DNA of 64,000 nt, taken from NCBI GenBank assembly GCA_041548245.1, contig JBFESZ010000001.1, positions 32,001 to 96,000 on the forward strand. The letters run 5' to 3'. Below the pieces are notes generated by a model. That model saw only the letters and a list, made by a program, of their open reading frames with translations, did not search any database and was not told the origin of the DNA. This DNA is from Sulfurimonadaceae bacterium (GTDB lineage: Bacteria; Campylobacterota; Campylobacteria; Campylobacterales; Sulfurimonadaceae). A program made the translations under genes and the position numbers. Shown here one piece after another: positions 42,483 through 50,141 of the stretch; position 1 is the first letter of the stretch, and each line of letters starts with the position of its first letter.

Positions 42483-43430
42483 TTATGGTATTGCAACAGT
42501 CTGTACGATTTTATCGATCACCTCATCACTTGTGACCCCCTCTGCTTCGGCCTCGTATGAGAGAATGATACGGTGGCGCATCACCTCTTTGATGATGTAA
42601 GCGATATCAACAGGAGAGACATAGTCTTTTCCACGCAAGAATGCCATCGCTTTAACCGCTTTGAAAATATCAATACTCACACGAGGGCTCGCCCCAAAAT
42701 GCAGATAATCAGCAATATCATCCAGTCCATATGCCTTAGGATCACGCGTTGCCGATACCAGTTCGATCATGTACGTTTCCACTTCAGGATCCATATGCAC
42801 AGCAGCAACCTCTTTTTTTAGCTCTTCCAACTCGGCAATGGAAATAACTGCATTGACTTTCTCATTGGTCTTGTTTGAGATGCGACGGGCGATCTCCAGT
42901 TCTTCCTCTTTCGTGTTATAGCCGACAACAAGTTTCATCATAAAACGATCCAGCTGTGCTTCAGGCAACTGATATACTCCCTCTTGCTCAACAGGGTTCT
43001 GTGTCGCCATAACAAAAAACGGAGGTTCAAGCTGAAAAGACTCTTCTCCGATGGTCACCTGCTTCTCCTGCATCACTTCAAGCAGAGCCGACTGAACTTT
43101 TGCCGGAGCACGGTTGATCTCATCAGCAAGCAAAAGATTAGTAAAGACAGGACCGTGCTTGATCTTGAACTCATTTTTTTGAGGGTCATAGATCTCGGCA
43201 CCCAAGATATCAGAAGGAAGTAAGTCGGGTGTAAACTGTACCCTTTTAAAACCAAGTCCCAAAGCAGACGAGAGTGCTTTGACCGTTGTTGTCTTTGCTA
43301 ATCCGGGAATACCTTCAATCAGTATATGGCCTTCGCATAAAAGTCCTATCAAAAGACCGTCTATCATCTTCTCTTGGCCAATAACAACTTTGGCTACCTC
43401 ATTTTTAATAGCAATGATTTTTTCATTCAT
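42483..43430 (-). CDS. moxR: MoxR family AAA+ ATPase
   Basis: GIPGLAKT, QFTPDLLPSD, DEINRAPAKVQSALLE, ATQNP, LPEAQLDRF. Confidence 0.95.
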   Translation of the reverse strand: MNEKIIAIKNEVAKVVIGQEKMIDGLLIGLLCEGHILIEGIPGLAKTTTVKALSSALGLGFKRVQFTPDLLPSDILGAEIYDPQKNEFKIKHGPVFTNLLLADEINRAPAKVQSALLEVMQEKQVTIGEESFQLEPPFFVMATQNPVEQEGVYQLPEAQLDRFMMKLVVGYNTKEEELEIARRISNKTNEKVNAVISIAELEELKKEVAAVHMDPEVETYMIELVSATRDPKAYGLDDIADYLHFGASPRVSIDIFKAVKAMAFLRGKDYVSPVDIAYIIKEVMRHRIILSYEAEAEGVTSDEVIDKIVQTVAIP

Positions 43431-43556
43431 GTTATCTCTATCCTAACGCATCTTTTTATTCAAGATATTATAGCAGGTCAATATAAGTCTTCTTATGCCC
43501 TGCTCGATTTTGGGCAGATGCTATGTTCTTCATGTGTAAAAAAAGTGTGAACTCTC

Positions 43557-44669
43557 TCACAGCTTGGCCAAGGCACTCTTTTTAACCTCTGAAAGCACAA
43601 TAGCGTCACCTTTATACACAGCGGCCTCCAACACTCCAATCTCTTTTGAAAACAGTCCCTTATCACATACAATCAAAAGTTCTAAAAGCTCCTTGGCCGT
43701 CTTAGCCTCTTTAAGTTTTTTGCCATTCTCTCTTCTTGGTGTCCTTTCTGGTAAACGCACCAGTTTTGCCACAACAAACCCGCAGATAAAGCTTAGCAGA
43801 TAATAGACATACTCTGTATATACACTGATATCGATCTTCTGTGAAGGCAGGTCTACCTTATCGACAAGATCTTCACGCTGCATCCCCACCTTGTTGATGC
43901 TCACATGGATAGCCTTACTTTTCAAGACTTTCTCCTCTTGTGCCTCTAGATCAAAATATGGGATTGATATGGCAGGGATGACAAAATCATCTTGGGCTAC
44001 AAAGGCAAAACGTTGTCTCCATGTCCCTGTATACCCCTGCTTGCCAAGAGCATACTCTTTTTCGGGTTCGTCACTGAAAACTTCAACCTTATCAATCTCA
44101 AACTTGATCGCTTCGAGTGCCTGAAGGTTTCCTTCCCCTTGGATAAAGACTTCCAAATGCACCGGTTCATAAGCAGAGGCCGTCTGGATATCATTCTTGA
44201 CCTCCATACTCAACCTACCGGTCAAAGAGGACTCCGTCGGCATGACAGTGACGGGAATCGGGTCTATCTTGGCTCGCTCTTTTTGCATTTCAAGATCATT
44301 GACATTATCCCGTCCAATGATCACATTATTGATCGCACTTTGTGTGGTAAAGAGCATCGTCGGTTCAAGCTTGAGACTGAACTCTCCTGCTTCTTTGGCA
44401 AAAAGCAGATACTCATAGGTAATAATCTGAATGTCACCCTCAAAATGTTTAGTCTCAGAGAGCAGTTTAAAGCCAAATCCCGAATCAGCCGGGGGAATGA
44501 ATTCAACCTCATCATTCTTGCCATCTTTATCAAATCGGCACTGCATCGTTAAGCTTGTCGCCTGATTAAGATAGATCTGCTTGTCTCTTAATTGCACATC
44601 CCATTCATAAGTGCTTTTCGCCCATAGACTAAGACCCAACAGTAAAAGGCTACCAAGGATTTTCTTCAT
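43557..44669 (-). CDS. BatD-like protein (set 2)
   Basis: Signal peptide, GEGNL and F.IP..IPYFD BatD-like segments, C-terminal TM. Confidence 0.75.
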   Translation of the reverse strand: MKKILGSLLLLGLSLWAKSTYEWDVQLRDKQIYLNQATSLTMQCRFDKDGKNDEVEFIPPADSGFGFKLLSETKHFEGDIQIITYEYLLFAKEAGEFSLKLEPTMLFTTQSAINNVIIGRDNVNDLEMQKERAKIDPIPVTVMPTESSLTGRLSMEVKNDIQTASAYEPVHLEVFIQGEGNLQALEAIKFEIDKVEVFSDEPEKEYALGKQGYTGTWRQRFAFVAQDDFVIPAISIPYFDLEAQEEKVLKSKAIHVSINKVGMQREDLVDKVDLPSQKIDISVYTEYVYYLLSFICGFVVAKLVRLPERTPRRENGKKLKEAKTAKELLELLIVCDKGLFSKEIGVLEAAVYKGDAIVLSEVKKSALAKL

Positions 44670-46218
44670 TCACACTCCTTTCATTAATCAGTTCATACTG
44701 CTTGTAGGAGAGGCCTGATTGAGATGGATTGAAACTCACCTGCCCCTCATTCTTGACTTTTTTCCCCTTGGTTTTGGAACTTGCACCTGCCTGTGCTGAG
44801 ACTTTCATATTGGAACTTCCTGCACCTTTTTTCTTCTGCCCATCTTTTTTTGCACTTTTTGCCGTGACACTCTCATTTTTCTTTTTTCCTTCTTGCTGTC
44901 CTGTTTGTAAGCCTTCATGCTTCTTTGCATCTGAGATATATAAAAGGTTCTCATCTGTCTCTTTGTCATAAGCGATGACGAGACTCTTCTTGTAGGCGAC
45001 TTTTGCCTCTTCATACATCTCAAGACGGACATAGGCATTGCCAAGATTGTGAAATACCTTTGCTTTCAGCGAAGCATCCCTTGAGCGGACTGCTTTATAA
45101 GTATCAATTGCTTCTTCATACTGTCCTGCTCTATAATAGGCATTGCCAAGGTTGTAATGGTCTTCTGGAGAACGCATGGACCGTGCTTTAAAATGTTTGA
45201 GTGCCTCAAGATGCTTTTTCTCTGCATAAGCTTCATCTCCGGCACTTTGTGTCGAGAACTCTCTCATATCCGCTTGTGCGTTTATCCCCAGTATGACAGC
45301 GAGAAAGAGCACCGCTTTAAATATATGCGTATGAAGTTTTGTCACGCCTAAAAGAAAAGACAACAATGCCAAGAAAAGTGGATAGTAAAAAAGTTCCTGA
45401 TACATCATCAGATCACTGCTTGAGATCTTTTTTTCTCTTGAATCCAGCCAAGCAGATATCTCCTGAACGGCATTTTGACCGGCTTCGATAAAGACACCAT
45501 CGGTCGCCTGTGACAAGCTTTGAGCATTCGCATTTTTTGAACTTATCACCAGGTGATCTGCACTGTCTTTAAGCCATTGCCCATCTTTGTCCTTCAGGCG
45601 CGCACCAGAGTTTGTCGCCATCATAACCACGCTTATGCTTATGCCGTGATCATCCGCATAAGCGATCTCTTTGGAAAAATCTTTTGCATCTCCACCATCA
45701 CCGACAATAATAAGGTTTTTGGTCTTTAGAGTAGAGAGTTTTGTACTCAGCTCCAAGACTGAGGCCATATTAGTACCCTTTGTGATGACCAGTTCAGGTG
45801 AGATCAGATCAAGCTGATGCGAAAGCAGTTCATCATCCGAGCTCAAAGGCGAGAGTATGATAGCGTTTGTCGTAAATCCCAGTAATGCGAAACGTTCATG
45901 TACACGTTCTTGGATCAGAGCCTTTATAAAAGCCTTCGAAGCCTCCAGTCGGGTTGGTTGAATATCATCAGCCTGCATAGAGTAGGAAAGGTCCAAAGCG
46001 ATAACCACTTCCGAACCTTCAAACTCCTGCTTGATCACGCCCTTGTCCAGAACAGGACGTGCCAAGGATACAATCATCATGATCAGTGAAAGGTACAGGA
46101 ATATAAGTTTCTGTCTTGTCTGGCTCGCTATAGCATGCTCTTTTTTCTTCTTTCGATACAGCATCATCAACAACAGCGCCAGAATCATCCAAAAATAGTG
46201 AGGGGATAAAAAACTCAT
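44650..46218 (-). CDS. VWA + TPR protein (BatB/BatC-like, set 2)
   Basis: DLSYS MIDAS, GDG, TPRs (YNLGNAYY, HNLGNAY), C-terminal NPW. Confidence 0.85.
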   Translation of the reverse strand: MSFLSPHYFWMILALLLMMLYRKKKKEHAIASQTRQKLIFLYLSLIMMIVSLARPVLDKGVIKQEFEGSEVVIALDLSYSMQADDIQPTRLEASKAFIKALIQERVHERFALLGFTTNAIILSPLSSDDELLSHQLDLISPELVITKGTNMASVLELSTKLSTLKTKNLIIVGDGGDAKDFSKEIAYADDHGISISVVMMATNSGARLKDKDGQWLKDSADHLVISSKNANAQSLSQATDGVFIEAGQNAVQEISAWLDSREKKISSSDLMMYQELFYYPLFLALLSFLLGVTKLHTHIFKAVLFLAVILGINAQADMREFSTQSAGDEAYAEKKHLEALKHFKARSMRSPEDHYNLGNAYYRAGQYEEAIDTYKAVRSRDASLKAKVFHNLGNAYVRLEMYEEAKVAYKKSLVIAYDKETDENLLYISDAKKHEGLQTGQQEGKKKNESVTAKSAKKDGQKKKGAGSSNMKVSAQAGASSKTKGKKVKNEGQVSFNPSQSGLSYKQYELINERSVNEENPW

Positions 46219-47108
46219 GCTACTCCCCTAAAACGTGTTGACATATAATAGACAAGCAAGAAAAATCCCATCAATACGGCATACTGATAAAAATACTCTT
46301 TTTTCAAAAACTGCTGACTCTTTATCTCAGAGCTCTCCATCTTGTTGATATCCTCATAGACTTCGTTCAACTCTTCTTCATTTTTGGCAGCATAAGACTT
46401 TCCTCCCGTTTGATCCGCAACTTCTTTCAAAAGGGCCGGGTTAAAGTCATCGCCTACCGCTATTGTATAGATTTTGATGCCTCTTTGTTGAGCCAGCTCG
46501 ACAGCATCTTTTGGCGAGATTCTTCCGCTGTTATGCTCACCATCTGAAAGCAGAACAATCACCTTGCTCTTGGCTTTGGAAAAAGAAAGCGCGCGAATCG
46601 CCTGTTCAATCCCCTCACCAATTGCCGTATTATCTCCCGCCATACCTGTCTGAAGATAAGAGACCATCTCTGATACAATATCTTTCTCATAGGTCACAGG
46701 CGAAGCGATAAAGGCATAATCACCAAATAGCACAACCCCGACATTATCGTTGAGACGTTTGGCAATAAACTGACGAACAACCCGCTGCACTGTCTCAAAA
46801 CGCGTCTCTCTTTTTTCACTAAGACCCGAAGCACGCATCGAACCGCTTGCATCAATGGAAAGGACGATATCTATCCCTACTCTGTTCAACGGGTTATTCT
46901 TGTCAATCAATACGGGTGAAGCCAAAGCCGTAATCAGAGAAACAGCTATGAGTACTTTTAGCAGGTCCTGAACCCAAAAGCGTGGCCGCTTAAGGGCAAA
47001 AAGCTCCAGATGTACAAAGTTTCGTTTGATAATCACTTCGCGACACTTATACAAACAATAGATTATGGGCAATAATAAAAGAAATACAGAAGCATATTCA
47101 AAATTCAT
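46215..47108 (-). CDS. VWA domain protein (BatA-like, set 2)
   Basis: DASGS MIDAS, TAIGEG, LLSDG, KIYTI. Confidence 0.88.
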   Translation of the reverse strand: MNFEYASVFLLLLPIIYCLYKCREVIIKRNFVHLELFALKRPRFWVQDLLKVLIAVSLITALASPVLIDKNNPLNRVGIDIVLSIDASGSMRASGLSEKRETRFETVQRVVRQFIAKRLNDNVGVVLFGDYAFIASPVTYEKDIVSEMVSYLQTGMAGDNTAIGEGIEQAIRALSFSKAKSKVIVLLSDGEHNSGRISPKDAVELAQQRGIKIYTIAVGDDFNPALLKEVADQTGGKSYAAKNEEELNEVYEDINKMESSEIKSQQFLKKEYFYQYAVLMGFFLLVYYMSTRFRGVA

Positions 47109-47193
47109 TCTCTAATTCTAACGCATTAAGCTGTAAATTAAGTGTATTAATTGATAAGTCAATTGTTGATTTTACATTTTTACCCAATATCCC

Positions 47194-47222
47194 TTGACAA
47201 TTCCCAGCCTTTATCCTATAAT
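47194..47222 (+). promoter_or_regulatory. Consensus sigma70 promoter of the tRNA pair
   Basis: TTGACA (47194-47199), 17-nt spacer, TATAAT (47217-47222), GC-rich discriminator TTCGGCC. Confidence 0.85.
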
Positions 47223-47256
47223 TTCGGCCTCATAAGCAAAACAGCTTTTGAAAAAT

Positions 47257-47332
47257 GTCTTGTTAGCTCAGCCGGTAGAGCATCTCACTTTTAATGAGGT
47301 GGCCGTAGGTTCGAATCCTACACAGGACACCA
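47257..47332 (+). tRNA. tRNA-Lys(UUU)
   Basis: Full cloverleaf: GTCTTGT/ACAGGAC acceptor, CT-TTT-AA loop, GTTCGAATC, encoded CCA. Confidence 0.97.
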
Positions 47333-47337
47333 TTTTT

Positions 47338-47412
47338 GGCCCCATCGTCTAGCGGTTAGGATCCATGGTTTTCATCCATGTTACCGGAGTTCGAGTCTCC
47401 GTGGGGTCACCA
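47338..47412 (+). tRNA. tRNA-Glu(UUC)
   Basis: GGCCCCA/TGGGGTC acceptor, CATGG-TT-TTC-AT-CCATG anticodon arm, GTTCGAGTC, encoded CCA. Confidence 0.96.
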
Positions 47413-47687
47413 CTTTTTTCAATATCCATACAAACTATTATTCAAAATCAATTACAATATAGAAAACACTCTTTTTCTCTAAATCCTAAAGATATAGTTA
47501 TATATGTGAGCTGATCATTTCGGCATGTTCACAAAAGTTTTCAACTTCCTTTGTAACCAGACATTCATATACTTAACAATACCCTCGATCTTCAACAAAA
47601 ATATACTTCAAGAACCACTGTCTACAGGTAAATAGAAACATAAAAAAAGTTAAGAAATCTTTTAGCAAAAAATGTTTTTTCCAGGAG

Positions 47688-47700
47688 TATAATTCCGCCG
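47688..47700 (+). promoter_or_regulatory. -10 box with GC-rich discriminator upstream of the SKWSI peptide gene
   Basis: TATAAT-TCCGCCG, preceded by alternating A/T tracts typical of Campylobacterota promoters. Confidence 0.6.
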
Positions 47701-47783
47701 TTAATCAGGCTGACAGAAGAGTGTTTTGTGGACTGCTTTTCTTGAAAACAGCTGTTATTATTTTCTATTACAGGAAACATTTT

Positions 47784-47930
47784 ATGCGAACATCAAAATG
47801 GTCTATATGCAAAAGCCCATCTAATCAAAGCAAATGGTCTATCGTAGGTAAAACTATTGGACGTAAAAGCACTAAACGCACAACGCCACGTAAGAGCAAA
47901 TGGTCGATAGGCTCTACGCGCTCATCATAA
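47784..47930 (+). CDS. 48-aa basic peptide with three SKWSI repeats, function unknown
   Basis: CAGGAAA RBS, ATG 47784, MRTSKWSICKSPSNQSKWSIVGKTIGRKSTKRTTPRKSKWSIGSTRSS. The repeats differ only at synonymous positions. Confidence 0.65.
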   Translation: MRTSKWSICKSPSNQSKWSIVGKTIGRKSTKRTTPRKSKWSIGSTRSS

Positions 47931-48173
47931 CACATACAATACGCAATGGGTGATTAGAACAAAGATCAACGTACAAGAGATTGAAAAAAAACAGGCAAAT
48001 ACACCTAACTGTCTTTGCTTGATATATTCACTCTTTTGGCAATTGAAAACATCTAATTTGTACCCCACTGTACCTTTAACACCTCAAATATTCTTTCACT
48101 GTAAACTTACAAAAATATTTTTTACGTTACTATATAAACGAAATAATGATTTAGATCAATCCGATGGAATGAG

Positions 48174-49568
48174 ATGCTGAACAAGAATCAAAAGAACAAT
48201 ATACTGATCATTGATGACAACCCTAAAAACATTCAGCTTGCTGCCAACGTTCTTAAAACAACTGATCTTTTTAATATCTTCTTTGCCACAAGTGGTGAAG
48301 AGGGGATCAAGCAACTTGAAAAAAAAGAGTACTCCTTGGTACTCCTTGACATCAATATGCCAGGAATCGACGGATATCAAACCGCTGATCTCATCAAAAA
48401 AAACCCAAGAACAAACAATATCCCTATTATTTTTTTATCCGCCAATGCGAATCCGGAAAGTATCAGTAAAGGATTTGAACATGGCGGTAAAGACTATATT
48501 ACAAAACCCTTTCAACAGTTGGAACTTATCCATCGTGTCAAAACTCATGTCGAACTTTATCTGGCAAAAAAAGAGCTACAGTCTAAAGTAAAAGAATCAC
48601 ATGTCCTTTTGGAACAATACAAAGAGGCGATAGATGTGAGTTCTCTGGTCTCAAAAACTGACCTTAAGGGTATTATCACCTATGTCAATGAGCCCTTTTG
48701 CAAGATATCTCAATACTCAAAAGAGGAACTTTTAGGAAAGTCCCACAGGATCATCCGTCATCCAGATATGCCCAAAGAGGTCTTTGTACAGATATGGGAC
48801 ACTATCACACACAAGAAAATCTGGAAAGGGACTATACAAAACCAGGCTAAAGATGGGAGTTCTTACTTCGTCGAAGCAACCATTATCCCTATTTTGAACC
48901 ACCATGACGAGATCATTGAATATATCAGTGTACGTACCGACATCACTAAACAGATAGAAGCCAAAGAGCGCATTATCAGCTCTCAAAAAGAGATCCTTTA
49001 CACGCTGGGCGAGATGGGTGAGCTTCGATCTAAAGAGACAGGTGATCATGTCAACCGTGTTGCACTTTACTCCGAACTTTTGGCCAAACATTATGGTCTT
49101 CAAGACCAGGAGGTCAATATGCTAAAGATGGCGAGTCCCATGCATGATATCGGCAAGGTCGCCATCTCCGACTCTATATTGCTCAAACCCGGCAAATTGA
49201 GTCTTGAAGAGTTTGAAGAGATGAAAAAGCACTCCGTCATAGGCTATGAGATCTTTAAAAAATCCACCCATAGACTTCTGCAAATGGCTGCGACCATCTC
49301 CCATGAGCACCATGAAAAATGGGATGGAACAGGATATCCACGGGGGTTAAAAGGCGAAGAAATTTCAATCTGCGGACGTATTACAGCTGTTGCCGATGTC
49401 TTTGATGCACTTAGCCATGACAGAGTATATAAAGAAGCATGGCCACTTGAAAAGGTGATTGACTTTATGAAAGAAGAGAGCGGAAAGTCCTTTGAACCAA
49501 GACTTGTAGAGATTCTACTTGAGAACATCGATGCCATTATCGATATCAAAAACAGATACAACAAATAG
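48174..49568 (+). CDS. REC-PAS-HD-GYP response regulator (putative c-di-GMP phosphodiesterase)
   Basis: IIDD..LLDINMP..DYITKPF; PAS (SKTDLKGIITYVN..RHPD); HDIGK and HHEKWDGTGYP. Confidence 0.92.
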   Translation: MLNKNQKNNILIIDDNPKNIQLAANVLKTTDLFNIFFATSGEEGIKQLEKKEYSLVLLDINMPGIDGYQTADLIKKNPRTNNIPIIFLSANANPESISKGFEHGGKDYITKPFQQLELIHRVKTHVELYLAKKELQSKVKESHVLLEQYKEAIDVSSLVSKTDLKGIITYVNEPFCKISQYSKEELLGKSHRIIRHPDMPKEVFVQIWDTITHKKIWKGTIQNQAKDGSSYFVEATIIPILNHHDEIIEYISVRTDITKQIEAKERIISSQKEILYTLGEMGELRSKETGDHVNRVALYSELLAKHYGLQDQEVNMLKMASPMHDIGKVAISDSILLKPGKLSLEEFEEMKKHSVIGYEIFKKSTHRLLQMAATISHEHHEKWDGTGYPRGLKGEEISICGRITAVADVFDALSHDRVYKEAWPLEKVIDFMKEESGKSFEPRLVEILLENIDAIIDIKNRYNK

Positions 49569-49571
49569 ATT

Positions 49572-50141
49572 ATGAAACACAAACTCGTAGCCTATTTTAT
49601 CATCCTTCTTGTACTCTTTCTCTCTGTCACAGTAATGCTTATACCTACCCTTTTTACGAAAGGCATTTCACGAGTTGAACTAAAACAGGACCTGGACCTT
49701 GAACTGATTTTGGACAAAAAACATAATATCGAGCTGGTTTTCTTCGGTTATGCTGGCTGCAATAAGATCTGTACTCCTAGACTTGAAGCCTTGGGGGAAT
49801 GGTATGCTCAGCTTTCTGATGAAACGCAAAAATATTTTGGCCTCAAGTTTTTGGACATCTCCATGCGTAAGGATACATCGCTTCCTGAGAGTTTTGCAAA
49901 AGCCTTTCATGAAGAGTTTGAAGGCGTCTTTTTGGATAAAGATGTTGTAAGGCACTACACCAAAGCTTTTCGCGTCTATTTCTCCCCTTCACTCCTTGAT
50001 AAAAACGAAATAGACCATACTTCACATCTCTATCTCGTAAAAAGAGACAGCAAAGGGAAACAGCTCCGTTTTATATATACCGCCTACCCCTATGACTTTA
50101 AACAGATACAATCAGATATACAGGAACTGATCCATGAATAA
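49572..50141 (+). CDS. SCO/SenC family copper chaperone
   Basis: N-terminal [15 protein letters not shown] (CxxxC), distal His in IDHTS. Confidence 0.85.
   Translation: MKHKLVAYFIILLVLFLSVTVMLIPTLFTKGISRVELKQDLDLELILDKKHNIELVFFGYAGCNKICTPRLEALGEWYAQLSDETQKYFGLKFLDISMRKDTSLPESFAKAFHEEFEGVFLDKDVVRHYTKAFRVYFSPSLLDKNEIDHTSHLYLVKRDSKGKQLRFIYTAYPYDFKQIQSDIQELIHE

Noticed and set aside
47793-47909. AAATGGTCNAT repeats as a mini-CRISPR or iteron array
   Set aside because: The repeats are only about 11 nt, unevenly spaced (36 and 66 nt), have no cas or rep gene nearby, and vary only synonymously; coding repeats explain them better.
47984-48021. c-di-GMP-I riboswitch, or terminator of an antisense sRNA (A8-CAGGCAAA...TTTGCTTG)
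   Set aside because: GGCAAA is present but the GAAA tetraloop and second stem are missing. The stem has mismatches on the minus strand. At most a weak terminator.
47950-48180. 76-aa ORF between the peptide gene and the HD-GYP gene
   Set aside because: GTG start without a clear RBS, runs across promoter-like AT-rich DNA, no recognisable motif.
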